In this document: positions 28,484 to 38,298 of the stretch, one piece after another
Position numbering within the stretch: position 1 is the stretch's first letter
Layout: each line of letters begins with the position of its first letter
NCBI GenBank assembly: GCA_951812955.1
Contig: OX638340.1
Coordinates: 2,400,001-2,464,000, forward strand
Source: an uncultured Gemmatimonadota bacterium
Lineage (GTDB): Bacteria > JAAXHH01
Length of the DNA: 64,000 nt
Direction: 5' to 3'
Notes under the pieces: generated by a model
The model's database searches: none
The model's input: only the letters and a program-made list of their open reading frames with translations
What the model was told of the DNA's origin: nothing
Program-made: the position numbers and the translations under genes

Positions 28484-31400
28484 TCAACGAAAATCCCGAC
28501 TCCGAAGCCGCAGCGTCCGGTCCTCCAGCCTCGGGTCCCAGACCGCCTCGGCCACGAGGTGGACCACCCCTTCGCCCACCTGCAGGTTTCCGGTCACGCC
28601 TAAGCAGGGAAGCGTCCTGACCAGCGAGGAATAGTACTCGAATACTTTCTCCCAGATGACCAGATTCACGAACCCCGTTTCGTCCTCCAGTGTCATGAAG
28701 GTGACGCCCTGGGCAGTCCCCGGACGCTGACGGCAGATGACCATGCCCACGTAATGGACCAGGCTGCCGTCCGGCATCCCGTTGAGTTCCCGTGCCGCGG
28801 GCAGTCCCTGGGCGGCCAGACCGGGGCGCAGCGGTTCCAAGAGGTGGCCCAGAACGCTGTGGTCGCTGACCTGATGATCCCAGACGATAGTTTCCAGGCT
28901 GCCCAGGGAGGGAAACCGGGGAGGGGAGGTGCGGCTGTCGAGCGGCAGCGCGGGCGGCTGCCGGGTTTTGGTACCCAGGACCTGCCATAAGGCGCCGCGG
29001 CGGTCTAGGCCGAAACACGCGAAGGCACCCGCCTCGGCCAGGGACTCCAACTTGTCCTCGTGGAGTCCGCTCCGCCGGGCGACGTCCGGAAGGTCCCGGA
29101 AGGGGGTCCGCTCCATAGCCCGGATCAGTTTCTCCCAGTCTCCTTTGCTCAGTCTCTGGACATAGCGCAGTCCCATGCGCACCGCGAACCGGGCGCAACC
29201 CTCACCGCCATCCCCGGCACCGCCCCTGCTATCGTTCCCTGTACTGCCTCCGCTATCGCCCGCGTCTTCCGCTTCAATCTCCTCCAGGGTGCAGTCCCAG
29301 CGGCTGTGAAGAATGCTCACCGGCCGCACTTCCACCCCGTGTATCCGGGCGTCGTTGACGATGGTGGCGGGCGAGTAGAATCCCATGGGCTGGGCGTTCA
29401 GCAGGGCGCAGGTGAACTCCGCCGGGTAGTGGCAGCGCAGGTAGGCGGTGGCGTAGGCGATGTGGGCGAAGCTGGCGGCGTGGCTTTCCGGGAACCCGTA
29501 CTCGCCGAACCCCCGGATCTGCTGGAAGACGCGTTCGCCGAATTCCTGCTTGATGCCCTTCCTCATCATGCGCGTGACCAGCCGTTCCCGGTGCCGTTCG
29601 ATCCGTCCCGAGCGCCGCCAGGCGGCCATGTCCCGCCGGAGCTGGTCGGCCTCGCCGGGGGTGTAGTCCGCCGCCACCATGGCCAGTTGCATCACCTGCT
29701 CCTGGAAGAGGGGCACGCCCAGGGTCTTCTCCAGGACGGGCACGAGGCACTCGTGGGGATAGGTGACTTCCTCCACTCCGTTGCGCCGACGCAGGTAGGG
29801 ATGGACCATGCCGCCCGTGATGGGCCCGGGACGGACGATGCTGATCTCGATCACAAGGTCATAGTAGGTGCGCGGCTTCAGGCGCCCCAGCATGGCCATC
29901 TGGGCCCGGCTCTCGATCTGGAACACCCCCACCGTGTCGCTGCGGCAGATCAGGTCGAAGGTGGCGGCATCCCCCCGGGGGAGCTTGGCCAGAGAGAGGT
30001 CTATCCGGCGGTGCCGCCGCAGGAGGTCGAAGCCGAGGTGCAACAGGTTGAGGGCGCCCAGGCCCAGGAGGTCCACCTTGAACAGTCCCGCGTCTTCCAC
30101 ATCCTCCTTGTCCCACTGGATCACGGTCCGCCCCTCCATGGTGGCGTTCTCGATGGGCACCAGGTCATGGACGGGATAATGGCCCAGCATGAAGCCCCCG
30201 GGATGGATGGAGAGATGGCGGGGAAAATCCTGGATCTCCCGCACCAGGACGTTCAGGTGGAGCAGGGCCGGGTTTTCGGGATCGAGGCCTGCCTGCCGGA
30301 TGAAGGCCCCGTCCCAGCGTTCGTGAGCTATCAGCTTGGCCAGACGGTCCAGGCTGGTTGCTGGTATCTCCAGTACCTTGCCCACCTCCCGGATGGCGGA
30401 CCGGTGGCGGTAACGGACGACGTTGGCCACCATGGCGGCGTGGGTGCGCCCGTACTTCTGGTACACGTGCCGGATCACCTCTTCCCGGCGGTTGTGTTCG
30501 ATGTCCAGGTCGATGTCCGGCGGCTCCGCCCTTTCCCTCGACAGAAAACGCTCGAAGAGGAGGTCCACCTGGGTGGGGTCCACGCTGGTGATGCCCAGGG
30601 AGAAGCAGACAGCGGAGTTGGCCGCCGATCCGCGGCCCTGGCAGAGGATCTTCTCGCGGCGGCAGTATTCCACGATCTCGTGCATGGTCAGGAAATACCC
30701 CTCGTACTCCAATTCCCGGATCAGGGCGAGTTCTTTCTTCAACTGGGGAGTCAGTTGCTTACTTTTGCCGGGCAGGCGGCGTTCCGCGCCCGCGAAGGTG
30801 CGTTCCTCCAGGTACTGGATGGACGTCTTGCCTTTTGGCAGGCGCTCCAGCGGGTAGCGGTAGCGCAGTTCCCCGAGGGAGAAGGTGCAGCGGTCGGCTA
30901 TCTCAAGGGTGCGTTCGAGGGACGCCGGGTCATCGCCGAAGAGCCGCGCCATGTCTTCCGATCCCTTCAGGGCGTACTGGTCGTTCGGCCGGAGGAGGCG
31001 CCCGGCCGCGGGCAGCGTCACGCCCTCCCGGATGCAGGTCAGCACGTCCTGCAGGGGACGCCGTTCGGGCGCGTGGTAGAGCACCTCCACGGCAGCCACG
31101 GTGGGCAGTCCGAAGCGGTCCGCCAGCTCCCGGAGACGAAACTCCTTCAGGATCTCCTCCGCCCTGCGATGCCGGGCCAGGACCACGTACAGGCGGTCTT
31201 TGAAGGCCGCGCGGAGTGGTTCGAGGATAGGGGCGAGGCTGGGGTCTGCAAGGGGCGGCGCGGACTCGGAAAGACCCGATTCGGGGGACGCGCCCTCAAG
31301 GGGCGGCGGGGACGCGTCGGCGGCTCCGGGCGCCGTCGATTCAGGCACGCCGCGCGATTTCAAGTCTCCAGCGCCAGGCGCGGACCCGACGGTGACCGTT

Positions 31401-31882
31401 CCAGAGCCGGACGATCCAGATCCCCCGATCCACAGGGCGATCAACCCCGGGCTGTGGCGGCACACTTCCTCCCAACTCACCCGGCAGTTCCCCTTGGCGC
31501 CGCGCAGGTGCCCGGCGGTCAGCAGCCGGCAGAGCTGGGCGTAGCCGTCCCGGTTCTGGACCAGCAGCAGGATCTCCGAGCCGTCCCGGAGGCTGACCTG
31601 CGATCCCACGACCAGGTGGACGTCCAGTTCCCGGGCGCGGACGTGGGCCCGCACGATGCCGTACACCCCGTTGCGGTCGGTGAGGACCAGGGACGGAAGG
31701 TCCAGGCGGCGGCAGGCCTCCACCAGTTCCTCGGGATGGCTGGCCCCTTCCAGGAAGGAGTAGTTGCTCTTGCACCAGAGGGGCGCGTAGGAGGGAGCTG
31801 GAGACACAAATCCATTCGTGGCCGCCGGACGCGACCCGGTTTTTGTTTTCTCGGTATTCATGATGATCTCAGCGGCCGACAA
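28484..31882 (-). CDS. dnaE2: error-prone DNA polymerase DnaE2 (ImuC)
   Basis: 1132 aa; N-terminal PHP domain [14 protein letters not shown], Pol III alpha catalytic core; Ser/Gly/Pro-rich insert; sits downstream of imuA-imuB. Confidence 0.9.
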   Translation of the reverse strand: MSAAEIIMNTEKTKTGSRPAATNGFVSPAPSYAPLWCKSNYSFLEGASHPEELVEACRRLDLPSLVLTDRNGVYGIVRAHVRARELDVHLVVGSQVSLRDGSEILLLVQNRDGYAQLCRLLTAGHLRGAKGNCRVSWEEVCRHSPGLIALWIGGSGSSGSGTVTVGSAPGAGDLKSRGVPESTAPGAADASPPPLEGASPESGLSESAPPLADPSLAPILEPLRAAFKDRLYVVLARHRRAEEILKEFRLRELADRFGLPTVAAVEVLYHAPERRPLQDVLTCIREGVTLPAAGRLLRPNDQYALKGSEDMARLFGDDPASLERTLEIADRCTFSLGELRYRYPLERLPKGKTSIQYLEERTFAGAERRLPGKSKQLTPQLKKELALIRELEYEGYFLTMHEIVEYCRREKILCQGRGSAANSAVCFSLGITSVDPTQVDLLFERFLSRERAEPPDIDLDIEHNRREEVIRHVYQKYGRTHAAMVANVVRYRHRSAIREVGKVLEIPATSLDRLAKLIAHERWDGAFIRQAGLDPENPALLHLNVLVREIQDFPRHLSIHPGGFMLGHYPVHDLVPIENATMEGRTVIQWDKEDVEDAGLFKVDLLGLGALNLLHLGFDLLRRHRRIDLSLAKLPRGDAATFDLICRSDTVGVFQIESRAQMAMLGRLKPRTYYDLVIEISIVRPGPITGGMVHPYLRRRNGVEEVTYPHECLVPVLEKTLGVPLFQEQVMQLAMVAADYTPGEADQLRRDMAAWRRSGRIERHRERLVTRMMRKGIKQEFGERVFQQIRGFGEYGFPESHAASFAHIAYATAYLRCHYPAEFTCALLNAQPMGFYSPATIVNDARIHGVEVRPVSILHSRWDCTLEEIEAEDAGDSGGSTGNDSRGGAGDGGEGCARFAVRMGLRYVQRLSKGDWEKLIRAMERTPFRDLPDVARRSGLHEDKLESLAEAGAFACFGLDRRGALWQVLGTKTRQPPALPLDSRTSPPRFPSLGSLETIVWDHQVSDHSVLGHLLEPLRPGLAAQGLPAARELNGMPDGSLVHYVGMVICRQRPGTAQGVTFMTLEDETGFVNLVIWEKVFEYYSSLVRTLPCLGVTGNLQVGEGVVHLVAEAVWDPRLEDRTLRLRSRDFR

Positions 31883-31921
31883 GGCTGGACAGGACCGAAA
31901 GGATCAAAGAGATTCCGGCCA

Positions 31922-33412
31922 TCATTCCACCCGGCCCTGGACGTACCAGCGGCCCCGCCGGTGGTCGTAATAGACCCAGAGGGTTTCGCCCCGGGCGGTA
32001 TCGACGAAGCGATAGTCCCTCCGGACCTCCCGTACCCACCATCCACCGCTGACCAGGTGTTCTGGGGGCGGACCGGGACCCGAAGGCGCCTGCCAGTGCA
32101 CGGGCTGGCCTTCCAGGACGCGGGGACTGGCGTGGGCGCGCCGCACCAGGGAACGCACGGCGACGGGCCGGGGACTGGCCGCTGCGAGCTTGCCGAAGGG
32201 CCGCCACGCGAAACGGGCCTCCGGCAGGTGCGCCGAGGCCAACCGGGCCGTGAGGACCGAATCGGGGCCGAACTCGGCGCGGACCCGCGCCAGGGCCCGC
32301 ATGGCCGACCCGGTATCGCGGTCCGGATTCTCCTGCAGCAGGTTCAGTTTATCGGCGGTGACGCCCACGGCCTCCACCTCGAGGGCCAACTCCACCGGGG
32401 GAAAGGGGAAGGAGACCGTTTCCAGATGCAGAACCACCAGCTCCAGCAGGATCTTCGCGTCCAGCGTCGGTTCGGCCGCCTGGACCCGGCAGCGGTGCCG
32501 CGTTCCGTTCTCCTGCCGGAACGCCATCTGGAGGGCGGCGGCCGCCTGGTATCTTTCACCCGCGGCCTTCAGCAGGGGCGCCAGCAGTTGGGACACCCGG
32601 AACAGGAGGCCCCGGGCATCGGACTCGTTATCGTCCAGTTCCATCCGGGCCTGGAGCGGTTCGGGAAGCGCCCGGGGCTGGAGGGGCAGGGGGCGGTCAC
32701 CCGTCGCGAAGCGGTAGAGTTCCCTCGCCTGCTCGCCGAGATGCCGGGCGATACGCTCCCCGGGAAGCGCTAGGAAGTCCCCCACGGTATGCACGGCCAG
32801 CTTGTCCAGCCGCTCCCGCAGTTTCGGCTCGAGTTGCAGGTGCACCAGCCCCACCTTGCGGTATTCGGCTTCCTCGGCTTCCACGGACGGGAGTACGATT
32901 ACCCCGTTCCTCGCTCTGGCGACGGCATAGGCGCCGAAACGGCCGAAACCGACCACGACGCTCGCCGAAAACTCCAGCGCGGTGAGGGCGGCGTGCATCT
33001 GTCCGGCCCAGTCCTCCAGCGACACGTAGAGCCAGTCCAGCCCCCCCGCGTCCACCCAGAAGATCCCCGGTTCCTCCCCGCTCGGTTCCACCCGGGGGCT
33101 GAAGCGATCCAGCGCGCCGTGGACCTGCCGGACTGCGGCCCCGACCTCCTCCTCCGAAACCGTCCCGGCGCACAGGCAGCGATCCAGGGAGAGGGCCGCG
33201 GCGTACCGCATGCCCGGCCGGATCCCGCCCCGGACGGCCGCGTCGTTGAGCCACAGGATGGGGCTCAGGGGTTTTTCTTCCTCTACCACCACCACCGGTC
33301 TCTCCCGCCACTGCGGATGGCTCCGCAGCAGGAGCTGCAGCGGCAGCGCCCGAATGTTAATGCAGGCCGTCCGGCCCGCGGCAGATTTCGGTGTGGCGCC
33401 AGCCCGGTCCAT
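31922..33412 (-). CDS. imuB: ImuB, Y-family-polymerase-like mutasome subunit
   Basis: 496 aa; N-terminus WLNDAAVRGGIRPGMRYAAALSL typical of ImuB; position between imuA and dnaE2. Confidence 0.8.
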   Translation of the reverse strand: MDRAGATPKSAAGRTACINIRALPLQLLLRSHPQWRERPVVVVEEEKPLSPILWLNDAAVRGGIRPGMRYAAALSLDRCLCAGTVSEEEVGAAVRQVHGALDRFSPRVEPSGEEPGIFWVDAGGLDWLYVSLEDWAGQMHAALTALEFSASVVVGFGRFGAYAVARARNGVIVLPSVEAEEAEYRKVGLVHLQLEPKLRERLDKLAVHTVGDFLALPGERIARHLGEQARELYRFATGDRPLPLQPRALPEPLQARMELDDNESDARGLLFRVSQLLAPLLKAAGERYQAAAALQMAFRQENGTRHRCRVQAAEPTLDAKILLELVVLHLETVSFPFPPVELALEVEAVGVTADKLNLLQENPDRDTGSAMRALARVRAEFGPDSVLTARLASAHLPEARFAWRPFGKLAAASPRPVAVRSLVRRAHASPRVLEGQPVHWQAPSGPGPPPEHLVSGGWWVREVRRDYRFVDTARGETLWVYYDHRRGRWYVQGRVE

Positions 33413-33992
33413 GACGTCTGTCCTTCAGGATTTCGATTTCACATTGAAAACGGTCCACCGCCAGGCGGCGGCAGGAGGTCTGGCCCCTCAGGGTGACCAT
33501 CGGCCCCAGCGAAGGCGCCTCCCGGGATTTGGCGGTCAGGCACAGCAGGGCGGCGTGGTGGTCCCGCGCCTGCCGGGCCAGGCGCACCTGCAGCGGCACG
33601 GGGACCCTGGAATCGGCGTGCAGGTCCATCACCACCAGCCCGAATCCACCCGATCGCAGGACCCGGTCCCCCGCCCGCGCCGCGGCCCGGGCGTCCGGTA
33701 CGCGGATGACCACCAGGGCGTCCAAGTCCACGCCGCTCTCCGCCGCGTCCGGCGCGAAGAAGGTGTCCGGCGTTGCCGTGATCCAGGCCGCCGGCTCGCC
33801 CTCGAGCTGGGCGTCCAGCACCAGCCGGAAGGCGGCCGTCAGCAGGGCGGCCCCGGGGACGGACGAGAGCTCGCAGAGCCGCCCGGCCAGCTGGGCCCGC
33901 GACCAGCACGGCTGCTCCTCCCGTTTCTTGACGGGCATACGCGTGAAATAGGGATCGAGATCCTGCAGATCCCGATCCCGCGGGGACGACAT
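33357..33992 (-). CDS. imuA: ImuA (RecA/SulA-fold SOS mutagenesis protein)
   Basis: 211 aa; ImuA-like block ELSSVPGAALLTAAFRLVLDAQLEGEPAAWITATPDTF...LRSGGFGLVVMDL; translationally coupled (56-bp overlap) with imuB. Confidence 0.7.
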   Translation of the reverse strand: MSSPRDRDLQDLDPYFTRMPVKKREEQPCWSRAQLAGRLCELSSVPGAALLTAAFRLVLDAQLEGEPAAWITATPDTFFAPDAAESGVDLDALVVIRVPDARAAARAGDRVLRSGGFGLVVMDLHADSRVPVPLQVRLARQARDHHAALLCLTAKSREAPSLGPMVTLRGQTSCRRLAVDRFQCEIEILKDRRHGPGWRHTEICRGPDGLH

Positions 33993-34003
33993 AGTGGTTC
34001 CTT

Positions 34004-34618
34004 TTACTCAACGCTCCGCCGCACCTCGATGACCTTACCCAACAGCGAAAAAGGCGCTCCGTCCTCCCGGGGGATGATCGGACTGAAGGCCTCGTTCTCC
34101 GGATGCAGCTCGACACGGCCGTCCCGCTCCCGGTACCGCTTGACCGTCGCCTCGTCGCCCACCAGGGCCACCACGATGTCCCCCGGACTGGCCGTTGCCT
34201 GCCGACGCACGATCACGATGTCCCCCGGCAGGATGCCGGCATGAAGCATGCTCTCCCCCTCCACGGCCAGCGCGAAGAGCTCATCGTCGTCGAAACGCGT
34301 CTGCACCATGATGTATTCCGGCGGATCCTCCATGGCCTCGGTCAGTTCGCCCGCCTGTACGCGCCCCAGCATGGCGATCAACTGGGGCGGACGGGCCTTG
34401 CCGAACTCCGGCAGCCGGTAACCCCGAGACCTTCCGTCCACCTTGGCGAGCTTCCCCTCGGACACCAGCTTCTCCAGGTGCTGGCGGGCGGACTGGACCG
34501 CCCGGAACCCGAAGGCGCGCTGCACGTCCCGGGTCGTGGGCGGGATCCCGCTTAAGATCCGTTCCCGCACGAAATCGTAGATCTTCTCCCTGGTCTTTCC
34601 AGATGGCGTGTAGGCCAT
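34004..34618 (-). CDS. lexA: LexA repressor
   Basis: true start MAYTPSGKTREKIYDF at 34618; wHTH N-domain, S24 peptidase C-domain with cleavage-site and catalytic blocks (GDIVIVRRQ...); 11 bp upstream of imuA. Confidence 0.9.
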   Translation of the reverse strand: MAYTPSGKTREKIYDFVRERILSGIPPTTRDVQRAFGFRAVQSARQHLEKLVSEGKLAKVDGRSRGYRLPEFGKARPPQLIAMLGRVQAGELTEAMEDPPEYIMVQTRFDDDELFALAVEGESMLHAGILPGDIVIVRRQATASPGDIVVALVGDEATVKRYRERDGRVELHPENEAFSPIIPREDGAPFSLLGKVIEVRRSVE

Positions 34619-34757
34619 GATGGTCTCCTCGGGGCCGGGCCGGTGAAAGGGGTTGATGGAAAGGACCAGCGCAACGGAGAAAAGGGCCGGCGCGAAGGGC
34701 CGATGAAACGTGCCGGGGCGCACCAAAACGCATCAACGAGCGCCTGAAAACCCATAA

Positions 34758-34775
34758 AACAGACATTTGTCTGTT
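34758..34775. promoter_or_regulatory. perfect 18-bp palindrome AACAGACATTTGTCTGTT, candidate LexA operator in the lexA / COG1373-ATPase divergent promoter
   Basis: seen directly; half-sites ACAG...CTGT with 8-bp centre; about 140 bp upstream of lexA start and 120 bp upstream of the ATPase start. Confidence 0.45.
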
Positions 34776-34896
34776 ATGTCAAGCGGTTTTTAGGAAAATT
34801 GGGGATTGGGAACGGGTGAGAACCATTTCACTAACCGCAAGTTCTTTTCAAAATTACAGCTTGCTTATTGATACAATTAACGTTAAATATATTAAT

Positions 34897-36057
34897 ATGA
34901 TGGCAGATTTTTACATTCCTCAAGCGCAACTCACCACACTCGCCCACCTGGTTACACCGGGCAAAGTCGTTGTGGTATACGGACCCAGAAGGGTGGGCAA
35001 GACCACGCTGATCAAGCGTTACATGCGAGAACACGACCCCGACGCCCTGCTCGTAACGGGGGAGGACATCGTGGTCAGGGAGTACCTCGAGAGTCAGTCC
35101 CTGGCCAAATTGACGTCCTTCGTCGGCCGTCGCCGTACACTGATCATCGACGAAGCTCAGCATATCCGGCAAATCGGGCTGAATCTCAAGCTGATCGCCG
35201 ACCACGTCGAAGGGCTTAAGATCATCACCACAGGCTCGTCCTCCTTCGACCTGGCCAATCAGACTGGCGAGCCCCTGACCGGCCGCAAGTATACCCTGCT
35301 GCTTCTGCCACTGGCCCAGTTGGAACTCCAGGAAACCGAATCCGCGCACCAGACACGAGCCCATCTCGAACTTCGGATGATTTACGGGTCGTATCCCGAA
35401 GTCGTCCTCATGGAGTCAAACGAAGACCGGCAACTCTATATCAAGGAACTGATCGCTTCCTATCTATTCAGGGACATACTCCAGCTGGAGGGCATACGCC
35501 ATGCGGACAAGCTGCTCAGGCTGCTGCAACTGGTCGCCTTCCAGATCGGACGCGAGGTATCGACTTCCGAACTGGGCACCCAGTTGGGCATGAAAGCGAA
35601 CACCGTGGATCGATATCTAGACTTACTTGAGAAATCCTATATCCTATACAGCCGCCGCGGGTTCAGCCGCAATCTGCGTAAGGAAATAACCAAGAGCCGA
35701 CGGTATTACTTCTACGACAACGGCATCAGGAACGGGTTGATCAACAACTTCAACCCACTTGCAATGCGGGATGACGCGGGGGAGTTGTGGGAAAGCTACA
35801 TCCTGGTGGAACGATTGAAGCACAACCTCTACAACGGACACCTGGCGGAAAGCTACTTCTGGCGTACATACGATCGCCAGGAAATCGACCTAGTTGAGGA
35901 GTGGGGAGGTCAACTACTTGCCACGGAAATGAAATGGACCGCCAGATCACACCGGGCGCCCGGCGCCTGGCGCAAGGCCTATCCCGAAAGTTCGTTCCAG
36001 GTTGTTCATCCTGAAAACTATCTCAGTTTTATTTCTGAATCACCGGCCGCACCCTAA
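34897..36057 (+). CDS. second AAA+ ATPase of the COG1373 / DUF4143 family
   Basis: start MMADFYIP; Walker A VVVYGPRRVGKTTLIKRYM, Walker B LIIDEAQ; paralog of 26922-28319. Confidence 0.75.
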   Translation: MMADFYIPQAQLTTLAHLVTPGKVVVVYGPRRVGKTTLIKRYMREHDPDALLVTGEDIVVREYLESQSLAKLTSFVGRRRTLIIDEAQHIRQIGLNLKLIADHVEGLKIITTGSSSFDLANQTGEPLTGRKYTLLLLPLAQLELQETESAHQTRAHLELRMIYGSYPEVVLMESNEDRQLYIKELIASYLFRDILQLEGIRHADKLLRLLQLVAFQIGREVSTSELGTQLGMKANTVDRYLDLLEKSYILYSRRGFSRNLRKEITKSRRYYFYDNGIRNGLINNFNPLAMRDDAGELWESYILVERLKHNLYNGHLAESYFWRTYDRQEIDLVEEWGGQLLATEMKWTARSHRAPGAWRKAYPESSFQVVHPENYLSFISESPAAP

Positions 36058-36077
36058 ACGAACAACAGATCCTTCGT

Positions 36078-36557
36078 TCAACCGGTCTGCGCAATGACCG
36101 TTTCCGGCTCGTGATCGACCGCGAAGTTCACGGACCTGGCGATAAAGCACATGGCATGGGCTTTTTCGTGCAGGCGCTCCGCGGTTTCCGCATCCCTCTC
36201 CGCCGTTATCGTAACACGCGGCCTGAGGGTCACGCGTCCGAACTGGCCCGAGCCGTCCGGATTCAGTTCCATCACGCCTTCCGCCTGGTCTTCGTAGGCC
36301 GTCACCACGACTTTGTTCACCGTGCAAAGATGCAGATACCAGAGCATGTGGCAGGCCGAAAGAGAAGCCAGCAGCATGTCCTCCGGATTATGGCGGGCAG
36401 CGTCGCCCAGGTAGCCAGGATCCGCGGAACCCTTGAGAACCGGCTTGCCCTTGCATGCGATGTCGTAATCACGCGTATAGCCCCTGTACGTGCTCGAACC
36501 GTTGCCCAGATTGCCCTTCCACACAACACCGACCTCGTACGTATGCTGCTTGTTCAT
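36078..36557 (-). CDS. osmC: OsmC/Ohr-family peroxiredoxin-like protein
   Basis: 159 aa; paired cysteines in LASLSACHML and AHAMCFIARS typical of OsmC fold. Confidence 0.8.
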   Translation of the reverse strand: MNKQHTYEVGVVWKGNLGNGSSTYRGYTRDYDIACKGKPVLKGSADPGYLGDAARHNPEDMLLASLSACHMLWYLHLCTVNKVVVTAYEDQAEGVMELNPDGSGQFGRVTLRPRVTITAERDAETAERLHEKAHAMCFIARSVNFAVDHEPETVIAQTG

Positions 36558-36597
36558 GATGCCTCCAGGTTTCTAGTCAATTACGGTGCCTGAACTT

Positions 36598-36620
36598 AAC
36601 TGATCGGTACACGATCAGTT
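36598..36620. promoter_or_regulatory. perfect inverted repeat AACTGATCG-gtaca-CGATCAGTT about 40 bp upstream of osmC start
   Basis: seen directly; second IR ACAGGTT-aa-AACCTGT at 36650-36665. Confidence 0.3.
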
Positions 36621-36796
36621 TCAATCGTAGTAACTCACCTGGTGCCATGCAACAGGTTAAAACCTGTGGTGCATCCGGTAGCCTTAAGACCGGGTTGGAT
36701 GTAACGGACAGAAAATTGGAAGAAACTTCTTGTTTGGTCAGATAATTACTTTAATTTTCTGACAATAATTGATACTGAGCATATCGCATATCACGG

Positions 36797-37429
36797 GTGT
36801 TTTCAATGAGCAGTATGGCCGCTAAAATCATGCGTCGGGTGTCCGCTCATCCCACCGGAAAGTGGGTTTGTACACCGAAGGATTTCCTGGACTTCGGGAG
36901 CAGGGAGGCCATTGACCAGGCTCTGTCGCGCCTGGCCAGATCCGATCGGCTGCGGCGCATAGGCCACGGCCTCTATGACAGGCCCAGGTTCAGCAACGTA
37001 CTGAGACGTCCTGCGCCGGTTGATCTGGATGCTGCAGTTAGCGCACTGGCAAGGAGGGACGGCGTTCAGATCCTGCCGGATGGCATGGCCTCTGCGAATC
37101 AGTTGGGACTCACGAACGCCGTACCGGCCAAAGTCAGCTTCGTAACAGATGGCTACTCCAGGACACTTAAAATTGAAGGAAGGACGGTCCGTTTTCGACA
37201 TGCGAGCCCGAGCGTTATGAAATGGGCCGGAAGACCGTCAGCTTCGGTGGTTCAGGCGTTGCGATGGCTTGGTCCCGCCGCGGCCGAGGACGCACGGGTC
37301 CTGTCGACCTTGAGCCGAACCCTCTCGGAAGAAGTGAAGGTCGATTTATTAAGAAACATACGCGATCTGCCGGGATGGGTATTGCCGCTGTTGCGAGAAA
37401 TAACCACTGAACATCACGACGCAATATGA
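36797..37429 (+). CDS. AbiEi-like / DUF6088 antitoxin (type IV TA system)
   Basis: 210 aa; wHTH-like N-terminus VCTPKDFLDFGSREAIDQALSRLARSDRLRRIGHGLY resembling AbiEi_4/DUF6088. Confidence 0.5.
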   Translation: MFSMSSMAAKIMRRVSAHPTGKWVCTPKDFLDFGSREAIDQALSRLARSDRLRRIGHGLYDRPRFSNVLRRPAPVDLDAAVSALARRDGVQILPDGMASANQLGLTNAVPAKVSFVTDGYSRTLKIEGRTVRFRHASPSVMKWAGRPSASVVQALRWLGPAAAEDARVLSTLSRTLSEEVKVDLLRNIRDLPGWVLPLLREITTEHHDAI

Positions 37430-37436
37430 AAATGGA

Positions 37437-38174
37437 TTGCGTATCTTTCCTCTCCCTTCCTGTCCAGGACAGACGGGACCTCTTCGAGTCAGCGGCAAAC
37501 TGAAAACCGCACTTTCGAGACGAATCGACGAGATCGTCGAAGGAGGTCTTGTCATTCCAGATGAAAGCGACGTCGACGGCCAGACGCTTCTCGTGGAGTA
37601 CCCTACACTTTACCCTGGAGACAGTGTCGCCTACGTGGCGCCACGGGTACGAATCGAGGCAGGGGCGAGATCGGCGCTGGATCCCAACCTGACCCGTACC
37701 ATCAAACCATTCATCGCGGATGAGGTGCGAGACTTGTCTTTGGCAGTGGAAAACATCCGCGTTATCGCACCAGATCGCACGCTCTGGGAGAAGCTGTTGA
37801 TCCTGCATGGGTTGTACTGCGGATATCGGGACGCACAGCGTCTACCGGCAGACAGAGATCGGATATCCCGCCACTACTACGATGTTGCCATGATAACGGA
37901 GACCGAGTCCGGCAGGGCCGCTCTATCCAACCTTGAATTGATGGATTCAGTTCGTAAACACAACCTTATTGCGTTTCGACAGGCCTGGAAGAAGTTCGAA
38001 GAGGCCGTACCTGGACGGGTGAAACTGGTTCCTCAGTTGGAACTGCACATGCTGATCGAGCGGGACTATGAAGCCATGCAGGACATGATCCTGGGTGACG
38101 TCCCGAATTTCAGATGGATCGTGGACCAATTGATGCATGCCGAAGCCATTGTCAATGGAACTACGAGAAGTTAA
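37437..38174 (+). CDS. AbiEii/DUF1814-like nucleotidyltransferase toxin, possibly N-terminally shortened
   Basis: 245 aa; C-terminal SRHYYDVAMI resembles the RhxYD motif of AbiEii; N-terminal GGTAL...RxSxDxD NTase motif only weakly present (EGGLVIPDESDVD). Confidence 0.4.
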   Translation: MRIFPLPSCPGQTGPLRVSGKLKTALSRRIDEIVEGGLVIPDESDVDGQTLLVEYPTLYPGDSVAYVAPRVRIEAGARSALDPNLTRTIKPFIADEVRDLSLAVENIRVIAPDRTLWEKLLILHGLYCGYRDAQRLPADRDRISRHYYDVAMITETESGRAALSNLELMDSVRKHNLIAFRQAWKKFEEAVPGRVKLVPQLELHMLIERDYEAMQDMILGDVPNFRWIVDQLMHAEAIVNGTTRS

Positions 38175-38298
38175 CGTTCATGAATGCCAGGACGGCAGCA
38201 CTATCTCTAATTACACGTCATGATACCTTGACGGTCGTGCTCGATTTCGACGTCAGACAACACGAAGATCAGTCGGACCAATATGAAGGAGCTCCAAC

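Noticed and set aside
29060-32773. 1237-aa ORF on the plus strand
   Set aside because: Antisense to dnaE2 and imuB, which have unambiguous homology; low-complexity Arg/Gly/Pro-rich translation
33439-34116. 225-aa ORF on the minus strand overlapping imuA and lexA in another frame
   Set aside because: Out of frame relative to two well-supported genes; Arg/Gly/Pro-rich
34816-34896. Upstream extension of the second COG1373 ATPase ORF (MRTISLTASS...)
   Set aside because: AT-rich promoter-like sequence (TTGATA ... TAAATATAT). The family normally starts about 25-50 aa before the Walker A, which fits the MMADF start at 34897
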